Positions 1 through 10,309 of a stretch of DNA of 64,000 bases are shown one piece after another. The DNA is from a bacterium (GTDB lineage Bacteria; CLD3; SB21): assembly GCA_013360215.1 (NCBI GenBank), contig JABWCP010000004.1, positions 186,001-250,000 of the forward strand, read 5' to 3'. Both the position numbers and the translations under genes were made by a program. Position 1 is the first letter of the stretch, and each line of letters opens with the position of its first letter. The notes beneath the pieces are model-generated. The model was not told the DNA's origin, ran no database searches, and saw only the letters and a program-made list of their open reading frames with translations.

Positions 1-1
1 G

Positions 2-3000
2 ATACCGCCGGGATTTACAGGCGCAAGTGTAAATGCAATCGCGGTTGTTGGAACGGATGTTTACGTCGGTGGAGATATTAGCTCGATGAGCGGTAACCCA
101 ACAGCTTCGCACATTGCTAAATGGAACGGCACATCTTGGGAAGCGCTAGGATCGGGCGTTGATGGCGTGGTGCGAGCTATTACTGTTTCCGGCTCAGATG
201 TTTACGTTGGCGGACAGTTTACTACGGCCGGAGGAATATCTTCGCCCGGTATTGCACGTTGGGACGGAAGTGCATGGCATTCGGTGGGCGGGGGTCTCGC
301 CGTAGTCGGAACGCCTAATGTACGCGCTATAGCTGTATCCGGATCTAATATTTATGCCGGCGGTGCATTTACAGATGCAAATGGGAATACCAGCGCTGAC
401 TACATTGCTATGTGGGATGGGGCTTCATGGAACGCATTAGGAACTGGACTTAATGGAACTGTAAACACCATTGCGATAGGAAATTCTAATATTTATGTCG
501 GAGGATTTTTTACCGATGCCGGCTCGATTACAACAGCAGACAGAATTGCGTACTGGAATGGCTCAAGTTGGAATGCTTTATCAACAGGCTCAACTACTAC
601 TGTAAATGCAATTGCTTTTGAATCTGATACTAGTATTTATGTTGGTATTGCAGGTGCGCCGGGTTTAAGAAGGTGGAATGGTACGGCATTTAGTAGTGTT
701 GGTGGGACAAACACGTTAAACAACGCAGTTCAGAGTATTCTTCTTCAAGGATCAAATGTAATCGTTGGTGGTTCATTTACACAAAACGTTAATAAATCAC
801 CGCTCCGTTTAGGCCGAATTGCTCAATGGACAGGAAGTGCATGGCAAGCGCTAGATAGTTTATCAGGTACAGTTAACGCTTTAGGCTATGCGTCAAGTAC
901 ACTTTATATCGGTGGTGCTTTTTCTGATGCTGGAACGATGGTTAATGCAGATCGTCTTGCTCAATGGAACGGTACACGTTTGTTACCTGTTGGTACAGGG
1001 TTAGCAAATACAGTTCGTGCTATAGTTGCTTCCGGTACGACAGTATCTGTCGGCGGTGATTTTGAAGATGCCGACACATTGACCAAAGCAGACTATGCTG
1101 CGCGATGGAATGGGTTCACCTGGTCGGCCATGCAAAGCGGTTTCAAAGGCTCTGTGTATTCGATGTCGCAATCGGGAACTACGATATTTGCGGGGGGTTC
1201 TTTCACGCAGATAGGTACCGGAACAAAAGTAAATAACGTGGCACGATGGACCGGGAGTACGTGGGGTACGATGAATGTTTCAGGTGGTACTGCTAATACA
1301 GTTGGAACGAATGGCTCGGTCAATGCCGTCGCGGCTGTAACAACGACGCGTGCGTATGTGGGAGGTAGTTTTACGAAACTTGGGGACTCTACGGTTGTTA
1401 ATGGTATTGCGCGTTGGACCAATGGTGTGGGTTGGGAAGCTTTGGGATCGGGCGTTTCCGGTGGCAATGTTTATGCTTTGGCTCTTTCAGGTACGAAACT
1501 TTACGTCGGTGGTGATTTTACATCGGCCGGCGGTGTCGCCAATACATCTCATATAGCTGTTTGGGATACGGCAACCGCTACATGGTCAGCTTTAGGTTCG
1601 GGCATTTCTAATAACACAGTGTATTCTATTGTCGTCAACGGTTCAGATGTGTATGTCGGCGGTAATTTTACAGATGCCGGCGGCGTTGCGGCAGCGGACC
1701 ATATTGCTAAATGGGATGGCGTTTCATGGTCCAGTGTAGGTACAGGCACAGAAATAAATAATACCATTCGTACGATGGCTTTTTTGGGAACAGATCTGTA
1801 TGTCGGCGGTGATTTTACAGATGCGGCCGGATATTCAGGTGGTGATTATATTGCTAAGTGGAGCGGATCAGCCTGGTCTGCACTTGGAGATGGTGCCAAT
1901 AATTCGGTTTACGCGATTATTGCTGCCGGCTCCGATTTATATGCCGGAGGAAATTTTACATCAATTGACGGGTCTTCAGCATCGCGGTTTGCACGATACC
2001 GCGTGCCGGATGTGACAGCACCCGCAAGACCGACCGCTGTCGTGAATGCGACCGTCAGTAGTCAATCAATGACAATTAAATGGAAAAAAAATACGGAAGT
2101 AGATTTCGCTAAGTACAGAGTATATACGGGTACCGACTCCAATGCGGTTTCCCAAACCGATTCATCTACTTCTATAAGCGATACATCCCGTGTTATTACA
2201 GGTTTAACCAATGGAATAAAATATTATGCGCGTATCAGTGCGGTTGATATTTGGGGTAATCAAAGTAACGCATCGGTTGCAATTTCCGGTACACCCAACG
2301 ATACAGTGCCGCCGTCAACGCCTTCGCTTATTTCAGCAACCGGGGATAATTTGACGGTTAACCTTACCTGGTCAAAAAATAACGATTCAGATTTCAAACG
2401 TTACCGCATTTATCGGGGTACTTCGCCCGGAGCCACAACCCAGGTGGATTCTGTATCCATCGTCGGTGATACTACGAAAAGCGTTTCAGCGCCGATACCC
2501 GGAGTTACATTTTATTTCAGAGTGCGTACTTTAGATTCAGCAAATAACCTGAGTGCATATTCCGGTGAATTATCAGCGTCTTCATTAGATCAAACGCCAC
2601 CTTCCGCGATTACGGGGCTATCTACGACTGCGGCTGATACGACGGTTATTTTACGTTGGCACCAAAGTACAGCGACGGATTTTGGTAAATACTATATCTA
2701 TATGGATACGGTGGCGCTGCCTGCAACGGCGGTGGATTCGGCGCTGACAAAAGCAGATACCGCACGAACGTTTACGCATTTGACCAATGGTAAAACGTAT
2801 TATTTTCGCGTGACAGCGGCCGATACATTTGCCAACGTATCGGCATTTTCATCGGTTGCATCAGCCACTCCTTTTGATCAGACATCGCCTTCAGCACCGC
2901 AAAATCTTGCCGCGGTGGCAAGTAATGCTTCGGTTGTATTGCATTGGGATGCCAATACGGAAAATGATCTTTTGAGGTATCGTGTATTTGTGGGTACTTC

Positions 3001-4642
3001 CTCTGGTAATCAAGTACAAACCGATTCCACAGTGCATGATAGTATTGTAGTCAATGGCCTGAATAGCAATACGGAGTACTTCTTCCGGATCGCCGCGATA
3101 GATACAGGCAAAAATCAAAGCAATTATTCCAATGAAGTATCAGCTACGCCATTTGCAGCCAATGCCGCGCCGACGAATCCTGTTTTATTGGCAGCTACAG
3201 CTCAAAATCAATCGGTAGTTTTGACGTGGCAAAAAAACCCGGATGCCGACATATTAAAATATTACGTTGCTGCAGGATTGTCTTCTAATCCGACGGCATT
3301 GGTGGATTCAACCAATGGTGATACGACAGTGACATTGTCCGGATTGACCAATGAACAAGCGTATTATTTCAGAATCATAGCTGTTGATTCAGCATTGCAG
3401 GTCAGCGGATATTCCAATGAATTATCCCAATCTCCTTATGATAATGTTGCCCCTGCTACACCGGTAAATTTTATCGCTTCGGCAGGTGATCAATCGGCGC
3501 AACTCACATGGAATAACGATAACACGGAACCTATTAAAATTTATCGTGTTTTTGTTAATGGTTCTCAAGCCGATTCGCTTACGGACACCACGTATACAGT
3601 GACGGGTTTGACAAATTATACGACGTATCAAGTTAGCATCGTCGCTGTAGATAGTAATGATAATGTTTCATCAAATACTTCAGACATCGGCGTAACCCCG
3701 ATTGACTTGACCGCACCTTCCATTCCCAACAATCTTACTGCTGAGGCTAGCGACGCCTCGGTGCATCTAGTATGGTCCGCTAATACGGAAGGGGATCTCG
3801 CTTGGTATCGAATTTATATCAATGACGTACAAAGCGATTCGACGACCGATACGTCTTATACAGCAAACGCTTTAACTAATTACACATCATATTCCTTCAA
3901 AATTGCAGCCGTTGATACCAGCCATAACGCAAGCGCATTGACTTCACAAGTATCAGTTATGCCTTATGATCAGACGGCACCTGCGATTCCTCAGGACTTG
4001 GCTGCAACGGCTGGCGATGGTCAGGTTACGTTGAACTGGACGGCAAACGGTGAAGGTGATTTAGCACGTTATCGTGTATATATGGATGGTACACAGATTG
4101 ATTCGACTACGAATAATAGCTACACAAAGACCGGCTTAACGAACTACACGACGTATAACTTCAAGTTATCAGCCGTTGATACCAGCCGCAATGCAAGCGC
4201 ACCGACTTCACAAGTATCGGTTATGCCTTATGATCAGACGGCTCCTTCAGAAGTAACCGGTCTTAGTGTAACCCGTGGAGACGGTGCATTGACACTAAAC
4301 TGGACAGCAAATGGAGAATCCGATTTTAAAGCCTATCGTTTATTCATGGGAACAAGTCCCAATCCTACGACGCAAGTAGATTCGGTGACAACGATCGCAA
4401 CGACGAGTAAAGAGTTCGGTGGGTTGGTCAATGGTACGACATATTATTACCGCATGGTGGCCGTAGATACATCAGGCAATGCATCGGATTATTCGGATGA
4501 AGTATCTTCATCACCCTATGACCAGACGGCACCTGCGGTTCCTCAGGACTTGGCTGCAACAGCCGGAGATGGTCAAGTTACGTTGAGGATGGCGCGCAGA
4601 TTGATTCGACTACGAACAATAGCTATACAAAAAACGGTTTGA
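2..4642 (+). CDS. Giant secreted surface protein, N-terminal part (5'-truncated by the window): Trp/Gly-rich beta-propeller repeats followed by tandem fibronectin type III domains; frameshifted near 4586
   Basis: The frame is open from position 2 (IPPGFTGASVNAIAVVGTDVYVGG...). About a dozen ~55-aa repeats (W-x-ALG-x-G...VYVGG-x-FT-x-AGG...IA-x-W-x-G) are followed by about 10 FN3 repeats (L-x-W...Y-x-I/V-Y...GLTNG-x-x-YY-x-R-x-x-AVD...N-x-S). The last ~18 codons are out-of-frame sequence after the deletion. Confidence 0.85.
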   Translation: MPPGFTGASVNAIAVVGTDVYVGGDISSMSGNPTASHIAKWNGTSWEALGSGVDGVVRAITVSGSDVYVGGQFTTAGGISSPGIARWDGSAWHSVGGGLAVVGTPNVRAIAVSGSNIYAGGAFTDANGNTSADYIAMWDGASWNALGTGLNGTVNTIAIGNSNIYVGGFFTDAGSITTADRIAYWNGSSWNALSTGSTTTVNAIAFESDTSIYVGIAGAPGLRRWNGTAFSSVGGTNTLNNAVQSILLQGSNVIVGGSFTQNVNKSPLRLGRIAQWTGSAWQALDSLSGTVNALGYASSTLYIGGAFSDAGTMVNADRLAQWNGTRLLPVGTGLANTVRAIVASGTTVSVGGDFEDADTLTKADYAARWNGFTWSAMQSGFKGSVYSMSQSGTTIFAGGSFTQIGTGTKVNNVARWTGSTWGTMNVSGGTANTVGTNGSVNAVAAVTTTRAYVGGSFTKLGDSTVVNGIARWTNGVGWEALGSGVSGGNVYALALSGTKLYVGGDFTSAGGVANTSHIAVWDTATATWSALGSGISNNTVYSIVVNGSDVYVGGNFTDAGGVAAADHIAKWDGVSWSSVGTGTEINNTIRTMAFLGTDLYVGGDFTDAAGYSGGDYIAKWSGSAWSALGDGANNSVYAIIAAGSDLYAGGNFTSIDGSSASRFARYRVPDVTAPARPTAVVNATVSSQSMTIKWKKNTEVDFAKYRVYTGTDSNAVSQTDSSTSISDTSRVITGLTNGIKYYARISAVDIWGNQSNASVAISGTPNDTVPPSTPSLISATGDNLTVNLTWSKNNDSDFKRYRIYRGTSPGATTQVDSVSIVGDTTKSVSAPIPGVTFYFRVRTLDSANNLSAYSGELSASSLDQTPPSAITGLSTTAADTTVILRWHQSTATDFGKYYIYMDTVALPATAVDSALTKADTARTFTHLTNGKTYYFRVTAADTFANVSAFSSVASATPFDQTSPSAPQNLAAVASNASVVLHWDANTENDLLRYRVFVGTSSGNQVQTDSTVHDSIVVNGLNSNTEYFFRIAAIDTGKNQSNYSNEVSATPFAANAAPTNPVLLAATAQNQSVVLTWQKNPDADILKYYVAAGLSSNPTALVDSTNGDTTVTLSGLTNEQAYYFRIIAVDSALQVSGYSNELSQSPYDNVAPATPVNFIASAGDQSAQLTWNNDNTEPIKIYRVFVNGSQADSLTDTTYTVTGLTNYTTYQVSIVAVDSNDNVSSNTSDIGVTPIDLTAPSIPNNLTAEASDASVHLVWSANTEGDLAWYRIYINDVQSDSTTDTSYTANALTNYTSYSFKIAAVDTSHNASALTSQVSVMPYDQTAPAIPQDLAATAGDGQVTLNWTANGEGDLARYRVYMDGTQIDSTTNNSYTKTGLTNYTTYNFKLSAVDTSRNASAPTSQVSVMPYDQTAPSEVTGLSVTRGDGALTLNWTANGESDFKAYRLFMGTSPNPTTQVDSVTTIATTSKEFGGLVNGTTYYYRMVAVDTSGNASDYSDEVSSSPYDQTAPAVPQDLAATAGDGQVTLRMARRLIRLRTIAIQKTV

Positions 4643-4690
4643 CTAATGATGTAACTTATAATTTCAAAATTGCAGCTGTAGATACCGGGC
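3905..4690 (+). repeat. Recently duplicated FN3-coding DNA repeats (period 264 nt between the first two copies)
   Basis: gccttatgatcagacggc occurs at 3961 and 4225, with near-identical upstream sequence (cagccgttgataccagcc...gacttcacaagtatc). The block starting at ~4514 (ccctatgaccagacggcacctgcggttcctcaggacttggctgcaac) matches the block at 3961. Confidence 0.85.
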
Positions 4691-5943
4691 ATAACTTTAG
4701 TGCCTTCTCCACGCAGGTATCGGGCACACCGACCGATATGACGGCTCCATCAAAACCGACTGTATTAACAGCCGTAGCCGGCAATACTAGTATTGTTTTG
4801 ACATGGCGGAAAAACATCGAATCGGATGTAATTCGGTATCGTATATACCGTGGTACGACGGCCGCACCGACAACACAAGTAGATTCCACTACCTCTGCTT
4901 CGGATACGACAAAAACCTATGGCGGTTTGACCAATGGGACGACGTACTTTTTCCGTATCACCGCTGTTGACGGACATGGTAATTTCAGTGTGTATTCCGA
5001 TGATATTTCAGTCAAACCGCTGGATGCGCCGGGTTCACTCACGGTAAGTTTATTCCAAAACAAAGCAGCTAAAAAATATGCTCAAATCACGGTAGTATCA
5101 TCCAAAGCCTTGTCAGCGGTTCCTACCGTGACGGCCAAACTTGGAGTAAATAATACACCCGTCACGATGACGGCTATCGCGTCAAGCAACCAACAGTTCC
5201 GCGGTGGCTTTGTGATAAATAGTGCAGGCAACTATACGTTACAAACGTCCGCACAGACATTGAATGGTCGCGATACGACCGTGCAGCGCACGTTTAATGC
5301 GGTGATTGCCAAATCCGGTGAAGCGGCTACCCTTGCTAGCACGGATGGCAAAGCTTCCCTCAAACTTAATCGCGCGACGCTCGCTGAAGAAGCTGTACTT
5401 CTGTCCGAACAGTCCGACGACGGTGTTTATACATTCTCAGCGGATGCGGAAGCCAACGGCAGCATGATACTTGAAATACAGTTTGATGCGGCTCAGTACG
5501 CCGATCCGTCGAAGTTGTTCATTTATCGAATGGAAAAAGAAACCTGGAGTAAACAAAAAACACAGGTATTTACCAAAACCAATACGCTCAAAGCGCAGGT
5601 AGAAAGTTTTGGAACATACAAGATCGCATATGACGGTTCGTTTGACGGATCGAATATTGTGCCGACAGAGTTTGCGTTGCTTCAAAACTATCCGAATCCG
5701 TTTAACCCCTCCACTACGATCCGATACGATCTACGTGAAGATGAAACGGTATCTCTGAAAATATACAACATGCTCGGTCAGGAAGTTCGTACGCTGCGCA
5801 AAGGATTCCAAATGGCCGGAGAGTATCGCGTACAATGGGATGGTCGCAATAATGCCGGACAAGTCGTATCCAGCGGCGTATATATCTATCGCTTGGAGAC
5901 GAAGTCCTATCGCGCAACGAAAAAAATGATGTTTTTGAAATAA
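4587..5943 (+). CDS. C-terminal part of the same surface protein: remaining FN3 domains, an Ig-like region and a T9SS type-A/FlgD-Ig C-terminal sorting domain
   Basis: Continues the FN3 repeat (DGAQIDSTTNNSYTKNGLTNDVTYNFKIAAVD) in another frame. Ends FALLQNYPNPFNPSTTIRYDL...SSGVYIYRL...KKMMFLK, the typical FCB-group CTD. The ORF track starts it at TTG 4639. Confidence 0.85.
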
Positions 5944-5960
5944 CCGACGAGGAAACAAAA

Positions 5961-6581
5961 ATGAAACGCTTTATCCTCAAAAATTTGACGTTAGTTGCCG
6001 TTATTGCATCTCTGACTGCATGCGGTGGCGGAGGTAAGGGGAAATCGGCTTATACTAAACTAGTCGATCAGGGTGAATCGCAATTTGCAACCGGCAGTTT
6101 TGCCGACGCACGGACTTCATTTAATGCGGCCAAATTGAAAAACCCCAATTCAGCGACAGCCTATATCGGTGCCGCATGGTGTTCGATGTCGCTCAATGAT
6201 ATCGCCGCAGCATTGGCCGATTTTCAAGCCGGATTATCCAAAACCAATGTTAATGCAGATCTTTATGCAGGTTATGCATTTGCCCTCAACGCAAACGGCG
6301 ATTTTGCTTTGTCCAATCAACGTATTGATGAAGCATTGAATGCCGATACCGACTGGGAGTTGTCCTATGATGGCAGTTTGAACGTAAATGATTTGCGTTT
6401 GGCAAAAGCAGAAAATCATTTTCTTTTAGGCCAATACACCGAATCGCTTGCACAGGTCAAACTCCTTAACACGTCATTCAACGCGGATGTAAACACGGTT
6501 TCCGGCCGCGCGGCGTTGTCTGTGGAAATCGAACGCTTGCGTAATGCCTTAGGAAAAAACATCGCACGCATACCCGCTTAA
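5961..6581 (+). CDS. TPR-like lipoprotein
   Basis: Signal peptide with lipobox LTAC; helical TPR-like pattern; RBS gagg upstream; directly follows the surface-protein gene. Confidence 0.75.
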   Translation: MKRFILKNLTLVAVIASLTACGGGGKGKSAYTKLVDQGESQFATGSFADARTSFNAAKLKNPNSATAYIGAAWCSMSLNDIAAALADFQAGLSKTNVNADLYAGYAFALNANGDFALSNQRIDEALNADTDWELSYDGSLNVNDLRLAKAENHFLLGQYTESLAQVKLLNTSFNADVNTVSGRAALSVEIERLRNALGKNIARIPA

Positions 6582-6602
6582 AAAAATTAAACCGGATTTT
6601 AT

Positions 6603-6638
6603 AAAGCCGTTTCAGGTTTACTTGAAACGGCTTTTTTA
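6603..6638 (+). terminator. Intrinsic terminator
   Basis: aaagccgtttca-loop-tgaaacggcttt followed by a T run. Confidence 0.85.
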
Positions 6639-6696
6639 TTGTCATCGGCAAATGCCTTTGATAATCTTAAGGTGAATGGCTACATTGGCAATCGTA

Positions 6697-8118
6697 ATGA
6701 AAAAAAATCAACCTCATATTCTACTGATCAATCCGTACATTTACGACTTTGCGGCGTATGATCTTTGGTCCAAGCCGCTGGGGTTGCTCTATATCGCCGC
6801 TGTTTTGGAAGAAAACGGTTTTAGAGTTTCTTTGATTGATGCGTTGGATCGGCATGATACCGAAATGTTGGCATGGCAAGGTCGCGCGAGTGCCAAATCC
6901 CGTATGTACGGCGATGGTTATTTTTATAGAGAAATTGTCGAAAAGCCCACGGTGTTTTCTCATATTCCGAGGCATTATGCGCGTTACGGTTTTACACCGG
7001 AACTGATGCGAAAAAAAATATCCGACCTAAATTTAGAACAATCGGTGGACAGTGTCTTAGTCACATCCGGGATGACATATTGGTACAAGGGTGTACATGA
7101 GATCATAGCAATGTGCAAAGAATTAGTACCTCAGGCAGAAGTTATTTTGGGGGGCATTTATGCAACATTGTTTACCAACTATGCTATGGAATTTTCCGGC
7201 GCCGATCGTGTATTTACGGGAGAAAGTGAAAAAACCGTTTTAGCATATCTCTGCTCGCAGTCGGGATTGGAAGTTAAGAAAAACTATAAGGGTTATGATG
7301 ATTACCCCTATCCGGCGTATCATCTGTACTCTAAACTTGAGTATGTTGCGATGATGACATCGCGTGGTTGCCCATACAGCTGTACATTTTGCGCTACGCA
7401 TGCGTTTACTGAAAAGTTTACACCGCGTTCTCCGGAAGGGGCGCTGCATGAAATCATAAATTACGCGAATCAAGGTATACAAAATATTACGTTTTATGAT
7501 GATGCGCTGTTTGTAAATAGCGATAAACATATTAAACGGATTTTACGCGGTGTCATAGAAAACGAAAAAAATGTAAACTTTCACACACCCAATGGCCTTT
7601 TTGCCCGACTGATCGACGCAGAGTTAGCTAAGTTGTTGGTTCAAAGCGGATTTAAAACCATTCGCCTCAGTTATGAAACCAAAAACCCGGAAAGGCAAAA
7701 AGTTTTACGTAAAGTCAGCGACAAAGATTTGGAATCGGCTTTAGAATATTTGGAACAAGCCGGGTTTCTTCGTCACGATATTGTCGTCTATTTGATTATG
7801 GGGTTACCGGATCAATCTCCGGATGAAGTGCAAGCGGGAATAGACTATATTCACAGTTTAGGGGCTAAGGTAAGTCTTTCATCATTTTCACCGATTCCGG
7901 GGACGGCGGATTGGGAAATGGCGCGCCAAAAGTATAACTTTCCAGTCAATGAGCCGCTATTAACCAATAAATCGGTCTACCCTCTGCGCCACCCTGGTTT
8001 TACGTCCGAGGATTTTGACGGATTAAAAAACTACGCCATTGAAAAAAATCGATCATACCCAAAGGATAATCCCACGCTCGATGAAAACCACGTTTCGGAT
8101 TATAATGTCTATGCTTAA
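6697..8118 (+). CDS. B12-binding domain radical SAM protein
   Basis: N-terminal LLINP..YDFAAYDLWSKPLGLLYIAA cobalamin-binding-type domain; SRGCPYSCTFC (CxxxCxxC); FYDD motif. Alternative start 6676. Confidence 0.85.
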   Translation: MKKNQPHILLINPYIYDFAAYDLWSKPLGLLYIAAVLEENGFRVSLIDALDRHDTEMLAWQGRASAKSRMYGDGYFYREIVEKPTVFSHIPRHYARYGFTPELMRKKISDLNLEQSVDSVLVTSGMTYWYKGVHEIIAMCKELVPQAEVILGGIYATLFTNYAMEFSGADRVFTGESEKTVLAYLCSQSGLEVKKNYKGYDDYPYPAYHLYSKLEYVAMMTSRGCPYSCTFCATHAFTEKFTPRSPEGALHEIINYANQGIQNITFYDDALFVNSDKHIKRILRGVIENEKNVNFHTPNGLFARLIDAELAKLLVQSGFKTIRLSYETKNPERQKVLRKVSDKDLESALEYLEQAGFLRHDIVVYLIMGLPDQSPDEVQAGIDYIHSLGAKVSLSSFSPIPGTADWEMARQKYNFPVNEPLLTNKSVYPLRHPGFTSEDFDGLKNYAIEKNRSYPKDNPTLDENHVSDYNVYA

Positions 8119-9346
8119 TCGCGTCGCACTATTTTTGTTTTTTTCATTGATTTCTCTGCAGGCTCAAAATCTTCAGAAGCAGATTGATAAAAGCCGCAAC
8201 AATATGAAAAAAATAAAAGATGAGATTGCCCAATATGAAAACCGATTGACGTCTCAGGCGCAAAAAGAAAAAACAGAAATAGAAAACCTAAATGATATCA
8301 ATGAAAAAATAGGGTTGCTGCATCAGTTATTGGGCGAATTGGAACAAGGACGTCGATTGACGGAGGAGCGTATTGCCGAATTGCGCTCAATACTTTCGCA
8401 AACCCGCACTGAACTGCAAAATCTCAAAGGCCTCACGTCGCAACGGCTTTTACAAACGTATAAACATCGCGATGAAGATCCCTTGGCTTACATTCTTACA
8501 TCCGATTCGTGGACGCAAGCTTTTGCACGGATGAAATATCTCAAACTTATTGCCGAACAAGATCAACGGGACATCCAAAGTCTTCGCACCAAAAAAGAAA
8601 AAATCGAAACACAAAAGAAGTTGATCGAAGTAGAGTTGCTTAATCAGCAATTTCTTATCTCAGAAAAAAAACGCGAAAAGGCTAATCTGGACCAGCAGTT
8701 GGCTCGCCGAAAAAACACACTGAGCAAGATTCGAAAAGATAAACGTCTTTTGGCCTCGCTCATCGAACAACGCAAAGACGATATGGCCAATTTGCAAACG
8801 ATTATCGCTGCATTGGAGAAGAAAAAAGCCGAAGAAGAAGCTTTAGCAAAAAAACGAGCCGAAGAGGCGGCCGCTGCGGCTAAATCCGGTAAAACCAAAA
8901 CGGCGGGCAGCGTTAAATACAAAGAACCGGTTTATACCGAAAAATCAAATTTTGCTCAATACAAGGGACGATTGCCCTATCCTGTTCCCGGTAAAATCGT
9001 GGTAAGTTTTGGAAATCAATATAACGCGGCATTGGGAACCACTACGCGAAATACCGGTGTTGACATTCAGTCCCGCGAAGGAGCGGAAGTGCATAGCGTG
9101 GCTAAAGGAAAAGTGTCGTTGATTTCATGGTTACGCCGCCTCGGGAATACCGTTATTATAGATCATGGCGAAGGATTTTATACGGTTTACGCGCATCTTT
9201 CGGAGATTTTTGTGTCGGTAGATCAGCATGTAGCCGCCGGGCAAACCATAGCCAATCTGGACGAATCCGATGAGGGGAAAGCCGTTCTTCACTTTGAAAT
9301 CTATAAAGATCGGGAAGCGGTTGATCCGGCAGGATGGTTGCGATAG
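8105..9346 (+). CDS. envC: Murein hydrolase activator, EnvC family (coiled coil plus degenerate M23/LytM domain)
   Basis: Signal peptide, long coiled coil, C-terminal M23 domain (NTGVDI lacking the first Zn-ligand His, VIIDHG, YAHL, LHFEI, VDP..WL). Start inferred. Confidence 0.8.
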   Translation: MSMLNRVALFLFFSLISLQAQNLQKQIDKSRNNMKKIKDEIAQYENRLTSQAQKEKTEIENLNDINEKIGLLHQLLGELEQGRRLTEERIAELRSILSQTRTELQNLKGLTSQRLLQTYKHRDEDPLAYILTSDSWTQAFARMKYLKLIAEQDQRDIQSLRTKKEKIETQKKLIEVELLNQQFLISEKKREKANLDQQLARRKNTLSKIRKDKRLLASLIEQRKDDMANLQTIIAALEKKKAEEEALAKKRAEEAAAAAKSGKTKTAGSVKYKEPVYTEKSNFAQYKGRLPYPVPGKIVVSFGNQYNAALGTTTRNTGVDIQSREGAEVHSVAKGKVSLISWLRRLGNTVIIDHGEGFYTVYAHLSEIFVSVDQHVAAGQTIANLDESDEGKAVLHFEIYKDREAVDPAGWLR

Positions 9347-9358
9347 AAACGAAATATT

Positions 9359-10309
9359 ATGTTGAGTAAAAAATTAACTTTCTATATCAAAATAATCTTT
9401 ACGATAGCGTTCGTCGGGTACCTTATTTTCAAAGTTGATCCGGCGATGATTCGCGCAGATTTTTCTTCGGTCGCATGGGATTATTTTTGGATTGGCGCTG
9501 CATTGACTCTGCCCAATTTGCTTATTCAATGGTTAAAATGGCAATACCTTGTGCGTATGATAGATCCGGATGTTTCTCGGCGCAGTGTTTGGCGCTCATT
9601 GTTTGCAGGTTTTTCGATCGGTCTGATAACGCCCGGACGTATCGGAGAAATGGGTAAAGGTGTTTTTATTGATTCGCCGCAAAGAAAACTCATTATTGGT
9701 TTTGGTGTTATTGATAAAATATTATCTCAAATCGCGCTTGCCGTTTTCGGAGCCGTATCGCTCCTGTATCTTACAGAATTTGTTTTTGATTTTAATCGTC
9801 CGACGCAGTTGATCATTTTAGTATTTGTTTTTTGGGTTGTCGTCGCATTGGCTGTTATGATTTTTCGGCCATCAAGCATTCGATGGTTGATCGAAAAACT
9901 AAAATCATGGGTACGTTTTCTCCCGTGGAATCAACATATCACAGATGTGCTATCAGCGGCGGACGAATTTAAACGCCATCATTTTTGGCCGAGTTTACAC
10001 TATGCCTTATTATTTCAATGGATTGTTTTTATACAAATCTACTGTTTTGCCAATGCATTTCATTCGATTTCCTTTTGGGAAGCGTTATCCGCGGCGGCCG
10101 CGGCGATGTTCGTAAAAGCATTATTGCCCATCACTCTTATGGATATCGGGGTTCGGGAAGGTGCTTTAATATTTTTTCTCGGCAGATTCGGTGTCGATGC
10201 CGCTTCGGCATTCAATACGTCCGTAATGATTTTTGCAAGCAACGTGCTTTTACCGGGGCTGATAGGTGTTTTTTTTGTTTACAAATTTCGGTGGTTTCGT
10301 GAAAAATAA
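9359..10309 (+). CDS. Lysylphosphatidylglycerol synthase TM-domain / UPF0104 flippase-like membrane protein
   Basis: Multiple TM helices; TPGRIGE and LPIT..DIGVREG motifs. Confidence 0.8.
   Translation: MLSKKLTFYIKIIFTIAFVGYLIFKVDPAMIRADFSSVAWDYFWIGAALTLPNLLIQWLKWQYLVRMIDPDVSRRSVWRSLFAGFSIGLITPGRIGEMGKGVFIDSPQRKLIIGFGVIDKILSQIALAVFGAVSLLYLTEFVFDFNRPTQLIILVFVFWVVVALAVMIFRPSSIRWLIEKLKSWVRFLPWNQHITDVLSAADEFKRHHFWPSLHYALLFQWIVFIQIYCFANAFHSISFWEALSAAAAAMFVKALLPITLMDIGVREGALIFFLGRFGVDAASAFNTSVMIFASNVLLPGLIGVFFVYKFRWFREK

Noticed and set aside
4586-4642. Programmed ribosomal frameshift joining the two surface-protein ORFs
   Set aside because: Comparison with the paralogous repeat shows about 16 codons missing, including the conserved Trp, and there is no slippery site at the junction.
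3905-4690. Direct repeats as a CRISPR array or mobile element
   Set aside because: They are codon-aligned FN3 domain duplications with synonymous divergence, no unique spacers and no transposase.
8105-9346. Degenerate M23 active site as a novelty
   Set aside because: Loss of Zn ligands is the expected feature of EnvC-type activators.
10200-10300. TPP riboswitch before thiE (also checked before thiD at 57968-57982)
   Set aside because: Both genes are internal to operons with no usable leader, and I saw no CTGAGA-type aptamer core.
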